Part shown: positions 45,847 to 54,903 of the stretch, piece by piece
Position numbering within the stretch: position 1 is the stretch's first letter
Layout: the number at the start of each line of letters is the position of its first letter
Assembly: GCA_963817915.1 (NCBI GenBank)
Contig: CAWFQL010000012.1
Coordinates: 224,001-288,000 of the forward strand
Reading direction: 5' to 3'
Length of the DNA: 64,000 bases
Source: an uncultured candidate division Zixibacteria bacterium
GTDB lineage: Bacteria; Zixibacteria; MSB-5A5; UBA10806
The notes under the pieces: generated by a model
Seen by the model: only the letters and a program-made list of their open reading frames with translations
What the model was told of the DNA's origin: nothing
The model's database searches: none
Position numbers and translations under genes: made by a program

Positions 45847-46389
45847 ATGTCCAAGAATTCCCCTGCAGAAATTAACATAAGCCCGGTAACCTTAGCCGCA
45901 TGGTCGGTCAAATCGCTTGCCTTCCAATTCCTGTTGATCTCGGCGGCCGTGCTTTTGCCATCGATGGCACATTTAGCCGGCGCTCCGGTTCGGATTCTCC
46001 TCCCGATGCATTGGCCTGTGATAATAGCGGGGCTGGTTTACGGTTGGCGTGGTGGAGCCTTGGTGGGTGCCTTATCGCCCTTAGCCAGTTATGCCATTTC
46101 CGGATACCCTTTGCCAGCTATTTTGCCATCAATTATTGCCGAATTGTTCGCGTACGGATTTGTCATCGGCTTACTAAAAGGGCAACTTCGCTTGAATAGT
46201 TATTTGTCCGTGGCGATTGGTTTGCTAACTGGTAGAATTATCTTCATTATTACCACGCTCATCACCGGCGGGGCAGTCATCAATATAACATATTTATCTG
46301 TTGCTTTGCTTCCTGGAATTGCAGCGTCTATCGGTCAATTGGCGCTACTGCCATCCCTGGCAAAATGGTGGGTCAAAAAAAGTAAATAG
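45847..46389 (+). CDS. ECF transporter S component
   Basis: LLPMHWPV, G...G...G.LSP, about six TM helices. Confidence 0.75.
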   Translation: MSKNSPAEINISPVTLAAWSVKSLAFQFLLISAAVLLPSMAHLAGAPVRILLPMHWPVIIAGLVYGWRGGALVGALSPLASYAISGYPLPAILPSIIAELFAYGFVIGLLKGQLRLNSYLSVAIGLLTGRIIFIITTLITGGAVINITYLSVALLPGIAASIGQLALLPSLAKWWVKKSK

Positions 46390-46403
46390 CAAAACCATTA
46401 ATT

Positions 46404-46772
46404 GGCGGCAGGCATCCCGCCTGCCCCAAAAGTATCCAGTTTGGAGGGACCGTCGTAGGTCATTTCCCCTGGGAAATGACGTCTTATTATCTGCGGCTTC
46501 TGTAGAGACATGCGATCGCATGTCTCTAGTAAATAGAATATCCCATTCGAGTCTCAATCGTTGAGACGCAAGATTTTGCGTCTCTACCTGCCGGAAAAGT
46601 ATTCCACTGAAGTGCGGCAGTCGTCATCGACTGCCCCAAAAGTATCCAGTTTGGAGGGACCGTTAGTAGGTCATTTTCCTTGGGAAATGACGATAGGTTC
46701 TGCGAAGTCAGTAGCCCAAATCTCGAAGAGATTTGGGAAAATGACCCAAAACCACAAGGGTTTTGGGCTACA
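46404..46772. repeat. Composite REP-like cluster with two ~61-bp direct repeats (46421..46481, 46631..46692)
   Basis: CTGCCCCAAAAGTATCCAGTTTGGAGGGACCGT..GTAGGTCATTT..GGGAAATGACG twice, 210 bp apart; GTAGAGAC/GTCTCTAC and GTAGCCCAAA/TTTGGGCTAC doublets. Confidence 0.88.
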
Positions 46773-46779
46773 AGCTTCC

Positions 46780-46846
46780 TGCGAGTCACGGTTTACCGTG
46801 ACCGCATCCTGCCGTTGTATGCGGTCAGGGCAAGCCCTGACGCGCA
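46780..46846 (-). repeat. Palindromic four-way-junction element, copy 2
   Basis: Minus strand TGCGCGTC-AGGG CTTG CCCT-GACCGCAT N11 ATGCGGTC-ACGG TAAA CCGT-GACTCGCA. Confidence 0.85.
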
Positions 46847-46936
46847 ATATATACTCATCTATGTCATCATCAATCCGGCCGATAATTCACAAGCCTTGCC
46901 AATGAGCCATTGTCATCGTATACTGGCGGCGGAGCT

Positions 46937-47554
46937 ATGATGAAATTGACAGACGCAAAATACGTGGGGTCATACCCTGATTACAAAATGGCGCCCAAAT
47001 CGAGCCTGCCGGAGATATCGTTCGGCGGCCGTTCCAATGTCGGCAAATCCTCGCTGATAAATTCATTGGTGAAGAAGCGGAATCTCGCCCAGGTCGCCAA
47101 AGCGCCGGGCAAAACCAGGCTTCTCAATTATTTCGCGCTCAGCGATAAGCCGGGACGGGATTTCATGCATTTTGTGGATCTGCCCGGATTCGGATACGCC
47201 AAGGTGTCGATGGATACCCGTCAGAACTGGCAGAAGATAATCGAGGCTTATATCGAAGGCTCGAAGAATCTCAAGGGGTTTTGTATTCTCATAGACAGCC
47301 GTCGGGGCTTGCAGGACGAGGAGATACAGCTGATCGAATATCTGAAAATTCAGAAAAAAAATATTTGTCTTATACTGACAAAATCTGATAAGTTAACCCG
47401 TCAGGAAGGCAGTCTGATTGTAAAAAAGACTGCGGAGGAATTAAAGCATCTGGGGGGCGAAGCAATATTCCCGGTGCTGCATTCTGCGAAAACAGGGGTT
47501 GGCAACGATTTAATCTGGCGTTGGATTGCGGAAAGGATAAAGCATGACGGGTAG
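46937..47554 (+). CDS. engB: Ribosome biogenesis GTPase EngB/YihA
   Basis: GRSNVGKSS, PGKT, DLPGFG, TKSDK; GGAG RBS before ATG 46937. Confidence 0.95.
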   Translation: MMKLTDAKYVGSYPDYKMAPKSSLPEISFGGRSNVGKSSLINSLVKKRNLAQVAKAPGKTRLLNYFALSDKPGRDFMHFVDLPGFGYAKVSMDTRQNWQKIIEAYIEGSKNLKGFCILIDSRRGLQDEEIQLIEYLKIQKKNICLILTKSDKLTRQEGSLIVKKTAEELKHLGGEAIFPVLHSAKTGVGNDLIWRWIAERIKHDG

Positions 47555-48827
47555 TGGTATAGCGGTATTGGGGCTCCAATGGGGGGATGAGGGCAAAGGG
47601 AAAATTGTCGATTATCTGAGCGAATCCTGCGCCGGAGTAGCGAGATTCGGCGGCGGCTCCAACGCCGGTCATACGATAGTCAGAAATGGTGAGAAATTCA
47701 TACTGAGATTGTTGCCGTCGGGGATACTGCATAACGATAAGCTATGTTTTATCGGCGCGGGAGTGGTCTGCGACCCCGAAGTGCTGGAATCGGAAATAAC
47801 TGAACTTGAAAAGCGAGGCATCTCAACCCGCGGCAGATTATTCATTGATTACGCCACTCATCTGGTATTGCCGTTGCATAAGCTCAAGGATGTCTACGAG
47901 GATGCCTGCAGAGGCAATAACGCGCTCGATACTACCAAGCGTGGAATCGGGCCCGCCTATGCCGACAGGGCATCGCGAATTGGCATAAGGGTGGCGGATC
48001 TATTTGATAAAGAGATGATAGAATCGAGGCTGAAACAGCTTTCAATTATCTATAAGGAAATGGATGGCAGCGAAGGCAACGAATGGATGACCGATATCGC
48101 CGCCCTATATAAATACTTGATAAAATACGAGCCGCTTTTAAAAAGACTGGTTTCCGATGTCGGTCCGAAAATCATGGATATGTTGAATTCCGGCAAGCAG
48201 GTGCTGTTCGAGGGAGCGCAGGGCTCGCTGCTCGATATCGATTTTGGCACTTACCCATATACGACATCATCGCATACGACTATTGGCGGGATATTTATCG
48301 GACTGGGGATTCCGCCGTCTTATTTGAATTCCACTGTCGGCGTAGTGAAGGCTTACACGACCCGTGTTGGTCATGGACCGTTCCCCACCGAAATCCAGGA
48401 TGATACCGCGACAGAGATCAGGATAAAGGGCGGTGAATTCGGCTCGGTGACAGGCCGTCCAAGAAGAATCGGATGGCTCGATATGGTGTCATTGAAGAGG
48501 ATCATCAGGATCAATGGTATAACCAAACTTGCGATTACCAAGCTCGATGTCCTTGATGGCCTTGATCAAATCAATGTCTGCGAATCATATGAAATCGATG
48601 GTCATCGTACTCCCGATATTCCCGCCAACAATCCCGATTTCTGCAAGGCACAGCCGATATATACGAAAATCGCCGGGTGGAGCCAGCAATCGCGTGGCGC
48701 GAAAAAAGTTGATGACCTTCCAAAAGAAACAAGAAAGTATCTGGATTTTATCGAAGAGAAAACCGGCGTGCCGATATGGCTGGTATCCACCGGGCAGTCT
48801 CGCGAGGACACGATAATTCTTGAATAA
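47544..48827 (+). CDS. purA: Adenylosuccinate synthase
   Basis: QWGDEGKGK, NAGHT, EGAQG, TKLDVL. Confidence 0.97.
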   Translation: MTGSGIAVLGLQWGDEGKGKIVDYLSESCAGVARFGGGSNAGHTIVRNGEKFILRLLPSGILHNDKLCFIGAGVVCDPEVLESEITELEKRGISTRGRLFIDYATHLVLPLHKLKDVYEDACRGNNALDTTKRGIGPAYADRASRIGIRVADLFDKEMIESRLKQLSIIYKEMDGSEGNEWMTDIAALYKYLIKYEPLLKRLVSDVGPKIMDMLNSGKQVLFEGAQGSLLDIDFGTYPYTTSSHTTIGGIFIGLGIPPSYLNSTVGVVKAYTTRVGHGPFPTEIQDDTATEIRIKGGEFGSVTGRPRRIGWLDMVSLKRIIRINGITKLAITKLDVLDGLDQINVCESYEIDGHRTPDIPANNPDFCKAQPIYTKIAGWSQQSRGAKKVDDLPKETRKYLDFIEEKTGVPIWLVSTGQSREDTIILE

Positions 48828-48857
48828 AATAGTCTATGGTGTGCGGGATGTGATTTC

Positions 48858-50165
48858 ATGAAGCGGATTATTCTATTAACGCTTTTATTATCGATCTCAA
48901 CGAATTATCTGCAGGCGCAGGAAAAAATTGACAGCCTCGATTTCAATCAAGCCCTGAAGATGGCGTTCACCAACAACGCCGGTCTCGAAGCCAGGGAAGA
49001 CGCCATCCGGTCCGGCGAATTCAGTATCGAGCAGGTCAAATCATCTTATTATCCCAAACTAAGCTTATATTCGACATATACGAGAGTATCCAAGACGAGC
49101 TCAATCGAGATTCCCAACCCATCGACCGGAAGACTGACATCGATACAATTCAATCCGTTGGATCGATATGATTTCGGAGTCGCTTTATCGCATGAGATTT
49201 TCACATTCGGCAGGCGGCCAGCCCTGAAACGGATTTCGACGCAGAGTGTCGAATCGGCAAAGCTCGATAGAGAAGACCACCGCAGAATGATTTTCGATAA
49301 CACAGTACGGGCATTCGCGGCTATGCTTCTGGCCAAAGAGAATCTTTCGACACAATCTGATAATATTAAACGGGCGTCAGAGAAAGTTGAAATCATAAAA
49401 TCGAGAATCGAACAAGGTCAGGCCATCGACCTGGATCGATTGAGAACCGAATTGCTGCAATCTCAATTCATGTTCAATTACAATTCGGCCATGGGCGATT
49501 ATAATAAAGCCAGGGAATCGTTGAAGGCCATAATCGGATTGAGCACTGCGGGCAATTTCGAACCATTGGGTTCGCTTGAAGAGATAATGATCGCCATCCC
49601 GGAAACATTGGTATACGAGCCGGAAACGCGCAATGAATTCAAAAGACTGAATATCGGATATTCGATTCAACAGGAAAATCTTTCGGTAGCCAAAAGCTCA
49701 TACTTTCCCAGTCTTTTTCTCAATGCCAAATATGACTGGCAGAATGGCTATCAACCGGACCTGAATAAAATTGAAAGCTCATGGAATTTAGGATTATCAC
49801 TGAATTGGCTGATATTCGATGGTTTCAATCGCAAGGGCCAGTTGTCGTATAATCGTTCGGAAATGAAGAAGATTAGTAATTTTATCAACGACCTCAAGCC
49901 GCAAATAAGATCGCAGATTCAATCGGCGTCGATCGATCTCGAAACCGTCACCAATGGTCTCGATCTGGCGCGCAGGCAGCTGATATTGGCACAGAAGGCT
50001 CTTGAAATTGCTGAAGCGCGATTTAATGAAGGGTTGATATTGACATCCGATTTGATCGATTCCGAAATCGATCTTTCCAATGCCGAGCAGGGGCTCCATC
50101 TCGCCAACTATAAAATCATCATGGCTAAATTGACATTGAAGTCGGCAATTGGGTATCTATCCTGA
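48858..50165 (+). CDS. TolC family outer-membrane efflux protein
   Basis: Signal peptide, duplicated SSYYP/SSYFP OEP repeats, ARFNEG. Confidence 0.88.
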   Translation: MKRIILLTLLLSISTNYLQAQEKIDSLDFNQALKMAFTNNAGLEAREDAIRSGEFSIEQVKSSYYPKLSLYSTYTRVSKTSSIEIPNPSTGRLTSIQFNPLDRYDFGVALSHEIFTFGRRPALKRISTQSVESAKLDREDHRRMIFDNTVRAFAAMLLAKENLSTQSDNIKRASEKVEIIKSRIEQGQAIDLDRLRTELLQSQFMFNYNSAMGDYNKARESLKAIIGLSTAGNFEPLGSLEEIMIAIPETLVYEPETRNEFKRLNIGYSIQQENLSVAKSSYFPSLFLNAKYDWQNGYQPDLNKIESSWNLGLSLNWLIFDGFNRKGQLSYNRSEMKKISNFINDLKPQIRSQIQSASIDLETVTNGLDLARRQLILAQKALEIAEARFNEGLILTSDLIDSEIDLSNAEQGLHLANYKIIMAKLTLKSAIGYLS

Positions 50166-50315
50166 GCTAAATTGACCTATATAGCCGCCAGGATTAATAA
50201 AACATGCAATATGCCCGACAATTATTATATAGAAAAATAACTTGTTGACGTTCAATTTTGAAGGTACAATCAATTATAATGTTTGAACCAGGGAATAATC
50301 GTTTTTGGATGAAGG

Positions 50316-50645
50316 ATGAATATAATGGTAGAAGTAAATGATACGAATTTTAAATCGGTAGTGCTTGAATCTAAATCGCCTGTTCTTGTTGATTTCTGGG
50401 CCGAATGGTGCGGGCCATGCAAGGCAATCGCTCCCGTATTGGATGAATTATCCAATGAATACGGAGGGCGCGTTGTCTTTGCCAAGCTTAATGTCGAAAA
50501 AAGCCCTAAGACGGCGGCGCAATTGGGAATTCGAAGCATTCCGACTATGATATTATTTCAAAAAGGCAATGAAATGGATCGACTGGTCGGGGCATTGCCC
50601 AAAATACAAATATCGAAAAAAATTGAATCATCGTTAAAGAAATAA
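50316..50645 (+). CDS. trxA: Thioredoxin
   Basis: DFWAEWCGPCK, SIPT. Confidence 0.96.
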   Translation: MNIMVEVNDTNFKSVVLESKSPVLVDFWAEWCGPCKAIAPVLDELSNEYGGRVVFAKLNVEKSPKTAAQLGIRSIPTMILFQKGNEMDRLVGALPKIQISKKIESSLKK

Positions 50646-50666
50646 ATGGATATGCGGGAGGATTAA

Positions 50667-52160
50667 ATGAGAGTAAGGATGCTCATTATAATATTGATTA
50701 TATCATCATTCGCGATTTCGGCCAATGCCCTCGAGTGGAATGGCAAATTCGGTGTCGGGCTTCGCGGGCCGGTGTTCGCGCCGATGTTCAGGGGCTCGAA
50801 CTATACATCGCCACGCGGCGATTTCGAGCGATATATGATGGGTCTGAATGGTTCCCTGGATCTTCGATATGGATTATCGAAGCAACTTGTATTGAATCTC
50901 ACTGCCGGATATGCCTCGACATATGACGACTCAACGGCAAGCGCTGATCAGACATTCAAAATGAATTCATCCGATAGAGCCTATACGAAATTAAACGGGC
51001 TTCTACTTGGCCTTACTGGAAATTACTATTTTATGCCCGAGGGTAGTGTTCAACCTTATTTGATTTTTGGCCTTGGAATGGATAATTGGTCGGTCAAGAC
51101 TCAGGTGGGCGATAGCTCATTTAAGGTCAGCGATCTTAATCTTAAATTTGGGGCGGGCCTGAATTTTTGGATCGGCGAGAAAATATCGATTGATGGACAG
51201 ATCAAATTCTCGAAGGGTTTGTCTAATCTTTCTACTGATATGCCCAAGGGATTTTACGGCAGCGGCGATTGGTCAGGTTTCAAGGATAGGCCGTTCGGGG
51301 GATATTTGGAACCATCGATTGGAATAACTTATTATTTCGGCGGCTCCCGCGATTCAGATAAAGACGGAGTGAAAGATAAATACGACCAATGCCCTGACAC
51401 ACCCATAGGAGCGATTGTAGACCAATACGGCTGTCCATTGGATACGGATGGCGACGGTGTCTATGATGGCCTGGATCAATGTCCTGATACGCCCAAGGGA
51501 TGCATTGTCGACATAACCGGCTGCCCGCTTGATACCGATAAAGATGGTGTTTGCGATGGTCTCGATAAATGCCCCGATACGCCTCCGGGCATCGCTGTGG
51601 ATGTTCATGGATGCCCACTCGATACCGATGGTGACGGAGTGCCGGATTATAAGGATCAGGAGCCGAATACGCCTAAAGGCGCCATAGTCGATGCTAATGG
51701 TGTCGCTATTGATAGCGATAAGGACGGCGTGCCGGATGGTCTCGATAAATGCCCCGATACTCCTATCGGAGTTGCGGTCGACGAGTTCGGCTGCCCCAAG
51801 GCGAAGCCGTTCACGGAAAAGCTGGTGCTGCATATCACATACTCTGCAGGCTCATTTGAACCAGACCAGGCGGCCAAGACCGCGCTCGATGGCCTTGCTG
51901 AGACATTGAAGGCATTCTCAAACCTTAAGATCGAGATCAATGGCTACACCGACGCTCTGGGTTCCGAGAGAAGCAATCTGAAGGTCTCGCAGACTCGTGC
52001 TTCTGCGATAATGGATTATCTGGCATCTAAGGGTGTGCCTGCTGAGAGAATGACCGCTAAGGGATACGGTGAGGACCCGAAATTCTTTATCGCAGATAAT
52101 GCCACACCGGATGGCAGAGCTCAGAATAGAAGAATTGAAATAGTTCCGGTCCAGCAATAA
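50667..52160 (+). CDS. OmpA family protein with beta-barrel, thrombospondin type-3 repeats and peptidoglycan-binding domain
   Basis: About five DxDxDGV.D..D.CPDTP.G..VD..GCP repeats; GYTD, LKVSQTRA, AQNRRIE. Confidence 0.92.
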   Translation: MRVRMLIIILIISSFAISANALEWNGKFGVGLRGPVFAPMFRGSNYTSPRGDFERYMMGLNGSLDLRYGLSKQLVLNLTAGYASTYDDSTASADQTFKMNSSDRAYTKLNGLLLGLTGNYYFMPEGSVQPYLIFGLGMDNWSVKTQVGDSSFKVSDLNLKFGAGLNFWIGEKISIDGQIKFSKGLSNLSTDMPKGFYGSGDWSGFKDRPFGGYLEPSIGITYYFGGSRDSDKDGVKDKYDQCPDTPIGAIVDQYGCPLDTDGDGVYDGLDQCPDTPKGCIVDITGCPLDTDKDGVCDGLDKCPDTPPGIAVDVHGCPLDTDGDGVPDYKDQEPNTPKGAIVDANGVAIDSDKDGVPDGLDKCPDTPIGVAVDEFGCPKAKPFTEKLVLHITYSAGSFEPDQAAKTALDGLAETLKAFSNLKIEINGYTDALGSERSNLKVSQTRASAIMDYLASKGVPAERMTAKGYGEDPKFFIADNATPDGRAQNRRIEIVPVQQ

Positions 52161-52175
52161 CCGGAGTTAAGACTG

Positions 52176-52208
52176 AAAAAGGCGAGGTCGTCATGGCCTC
52201 GCCTTTTT
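52176..52208. terminator. Bidirectional Rho-independent terminator
   Basis: AAAAAGGCGAGGTC-GTCAT-GGCCTCGCCTTTTT. Confidence 0.88.
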
Positions 52209-52361
52209 ATTATTATCAAATTTTTTATTTATGGTTTCGCGTTTAGGCAGGTCGTAGACCGCTATAGGCGGTCGTGACCTGCCTACCAAGTCGCTGTCGG
52301 GTCACATCCGGCGGCTGCCGGACACGACCAGAGGGAACCAATGGTTATTTATATTTACCGC

Positions 52362-53135
52362 CTAAGGCAATTTTGTTTTGGCCTCATTCCAGAGGTGATC
52401 CATTTCTTCCAAAGACGAATCCGAGAGAGTCTTGCCCTTATCTCTGAGCCTGTCCTCGATATATTGAAATCGATTTATAAATCGGCGTATTGTGCCATTC
52501 AATGCTTCCTCGGGCTGCATACCGAGGTGCCTTCCAAGATTAACAAGTGAGAAAAGCAGATCGCCGAGTTCGTGCTCTTGTTTTGTCTTTTCACCTGACG
52601 CTAAGGCTTCTTCAAATTCGCGGATTTCCTCTTTGACTTTGACTATCACATCATCAGGCTTTTTCCAATCGAAACCGTAGCGTCCAACCTTCTCCTGAAC
52701 GCGATATGCCTTAAGCAGAGCAGGCAATGCTTTCGGCACACCTTGCAGAACCGAGTAATTCGTATTATTGGCTTTTTTCAGCTTGATCTGCTCCCAATTA
52801 TGCAGGACCTCTTCGGATGTCAAATCCTTACGGTCGCCGAAAACATGGGGATGCCGTTCGATGAGCTTGTCGGCGATTTTGCCTGCTACAGTTTCCATAT
52901 CGAATGCGCCTCGTTCTTTGGCCAGTTGGGCGTGCATGACGATCTGTTCGAGCAGGTCGCCAAGCTCCTCGGCAAATTTGGCATCATCGGCTGATTCGAT
53001 CGCCTCGATGACCTCGTAGGCCTCTTCGATAATGTAAGGTTTTAGCGATTTATGATCTTGTTCTTTATCCCACGGGCAACCGTTGGGCCCGCGCAATATA
53101 GCGGCAATCTCAAGCAGTCTTTTATAGTTTTCCAT
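52362..53135 (-). CDS. mazG: Nucleoside triphosphate pyrophosphohydrolase MazG
   Basis: GCPWDKEQ, EEAYE, EELGDLL, RHPHVF, second ELGDLLF. Confidence 0.95.
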   Translation of the reverse strand: MENYKRLLEIAAILRGPNGCPWDKEQDHKSLKPYIIEEAYEVIEAIESADDAKFAEELGDLLEQIVMHAQLAKERGAFDMETVAGKIADKLIERHPHVFGDRKDLTSEEVLHNWEQIKLKKANNTNYSVLQGVPKALPALLKAYRVQEKVGRYGFDWKKPDDVIVKVKEEIREFEEALASGEKTKQEHELGDLLFSLVNLGRHLGMQPEEALNGTIRRFINRFQYIEDRLRDKGKTLSDSSLEEMDHLWNEAKTKLP

Positions 53136-53143
53136 GGAGATTG

Positions 53144-53172
53144 AAATTATCGAGATATGATGAGCAAGTCAA
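53144..53172 (-). promoter_or_regulatory. Candidate sigma70 promoter of mazG (near-leaderless)
   Basis: TTGACT-17 bp-TAATTT, ATG 8 nt downstream. Confidence 0.55.
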
Positions 53173-53239
53173 TCTGAAAAAGATATGGATTTGTCGGGTG
53201 CTACATACATCAATTTTCTATAAGATAAATAAGAGGAAA

Positions 53240-54001
53240 TTATCGAATATGAAGATATGGCCCCATATTTTTCATTATCACTTCATGTTTAGCGATATTT
53301 AATGAATCATCATATGCTCGAAAAACCCAATGCTCTAAATCATTTCCGCCAAGTGTATAAAAATCGATTAAGTAAAAACCAATATCTTTCTGCCATTTTG
53401 GGGCGGTGACGATGTTTGAAGCCTGCAATTTTTCATTTCGCATATAATTTATTTTTGCGGAATTATGAGAGGAATCAGCGAAATTATAAAATTGATCATA
53501 ATCATTATTGAAATCATCAACGCTTGAAAGTATGCAATACATACTCAATTCTGTTCGAGTATGAAAGTAAAGCGTTAGCAATTCCAATACATATGAAGAG
53601 GATAAATTGTTGCGAAGTTCATGGCAAAAAACGCCATTGAAGCCTTTGAGATCACCCCCATAATGATAGACATTATTTGTATTTTTATTAAAAAAGAATA
53701 ATTTGATGGGACTTTCGGGTTCAGAATACACTCCATCCTCCCTGAACCAACAAAAATAGACCCCTTGCAGATTTTGAAATTTCCCTTTTTCTATTATTGA
53801 AATTTGAGTTGTATCGATTGGATGATGTTTTATTAGGATTGATTTCGCGTTTTCTATCAATAGCGAATCAATTTCAGGATTTGATAATGAATCCATCTGA
53901 AATCCAAAGAGCCCTTTTAATTGAGCCCTGTGAGGAGGAAATGACCATTCGAAATTGCCCGAAAGCGTTAACGTGGCAAGCAACAAATATAGATATTTCA
54001 T
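53240..54001 (-). CDS. AT-rich exported hypothetical protein (possible orphan immunity protein)
   Basis: 253-aa ORF with N-terminal hydrophobic segment; no recognisable family. Confidence 0.6.
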   Translation of the reverse strand: MKYLYLLLATLTLSGNFEWSFPPHRAQLKGLFGFQMDSLSNPEIDSLLIENAKSILIKHHPIDTTQISIIEKGKFQNLQGVYFCWFREDGVYSEPESPIKLFFFNKNTNNVYHYGGDLKGFNGVFCHELRNNLSSSYVLELLTLYFHTRTELSMYCILSSVDDFNNDYDQFYNFADSSHNSAKINYMRNEKLQASNIVTAPKWQKDIGFYLIDFYTLGGNDLEHWVFRAYDDSLNIAKHEVIMKNMGPYLHIR

Positions 54002-54017
54002 TTCATTACTCTCGTTT

Positions 54018-54167
54018 CTAAGAATAAATGCTATTGAGTTCTAGCAATAAGCAACACTGATCTATTCCCAAGGCCATTGCATAGTTCCATTTAAGAGCAC
54101 CTGAATCGTCATATTCGGTCATTATTTCTCCGCCAATATATATCAGATAAACATCCAGCGTGTCCAC
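54018..54167 (-). pseudogene. RHS/YD-repeat-like gene fragment
   Basis: 49-codon frame containing YLIYIGGEIMTEYDDSGALKWNYAMALGIDQ, resembling YxYxG..IAEYD..G.L...Y..G.GID. Confidence 0.5.
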
Positions 54168-54222
54168 CTATTTTCAGAATATGCCCGCCAATAGCCTTCA
54201 AAAAATCGTCGAAAACTGCATC

Positions 54223-54251
54223 TTGACAAGCTGGTTTTGCCGGACTATCTT
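54223..54251 (+). promoter_or_regulatory. Candidate sigma70 promoter of tRNA-Ser
   Basis: TTGACA-17 bp-TATCTT. Confidence 0.65.
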
Positions 54252-54270
54252 GGGTTTAGAGCGGTATTTC

Positions 54271-54359
54271 GGAGAGATGTCCGAGTTGGTCTAAGGAGCA
54301 CGCCTGGAGAGCGTGTAACCCCCAAAAGGGGTTCCTGGGTTCAAATCCCAGTCTCTCCG
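54271..54359 (+). tRNA. tRNA-Ser(GGA)
   Basis: Acceptor GGAGAGA/TCTCTCC, anticodon arm CACGC-CTGGAGA-GCGTG, long variable arm, T-loop TTCAAAT, G discriminator, CCA not encoded. Confidence 0.96.
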
Positions 54360-54608
54360 CATTCATTTTTCGCCATTTAATTATGATTTGGGAATAGCGT
54401 TAGCAGATGTCAACGGACTTTTCTGCCCTTTTAGCAATATATATTGATCCATCCATTCATCATCAACCGATTCCGAATATGCTCGTTATAATATTTGCAA
54501 AGTAAAATTATCAACTGAACAGATTGTGCCTTCAATAGCATGATGAATCGCATAATATATTTAAGATAGCTTAATTCGACAAAAAGGAATAAGCCCTCTA
54601 TTTTTGAA

Positions 54609-54637
54609 TTGACATTGTGGGATATCTATTCTATGCT
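54609..54637 (+). promoter_or_regulatory. Candidate sigma70 promoter of the three-gene module
   Basis: TTGACA-17 bp-TATGCT, ~265 nt upstream of the 54904 start. Confidence 0.6.
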
Positions 54638-54903
54638 ACGGATATGGGTCTCTATTGCCATTATTATGTTGGTGATAGGTTTGATGATCGGACAAGTTTA
54701 GTGGTAAAAAAATGGCATTGGTGAAAGATCTAATTAGCCAAAAACATTCTGTTATGTTGGCCCGCTTAAAGGTCCAATCGAGCAATCCTTTTAAATCAAT
54801 ATATTATGCATCTTAAACAAACGTTGTTGGTGGTTTTTGTTTCTTGCATGCAGATAGTTTTAATGATTCCCAGATGAATTAATCACTTGAAATAGGAGGC
54901 CAT

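Noticed and set aside
46421..46692. CRISPR array
   Set aside because: Only two ~61-bp copies, a ~150-bp palindromic interval, and no cas genes
46301..46940. Short ORFs of 70-114 aa in the ECF-engB gap
   Set aside because: They are translations of palindromic repeats with no coding signal
51350..51800. ~90-bp tandem nucleotide repeats
   Set aside because: Fully explained by the thrombospondin type-3 repeats of the OmpA protein
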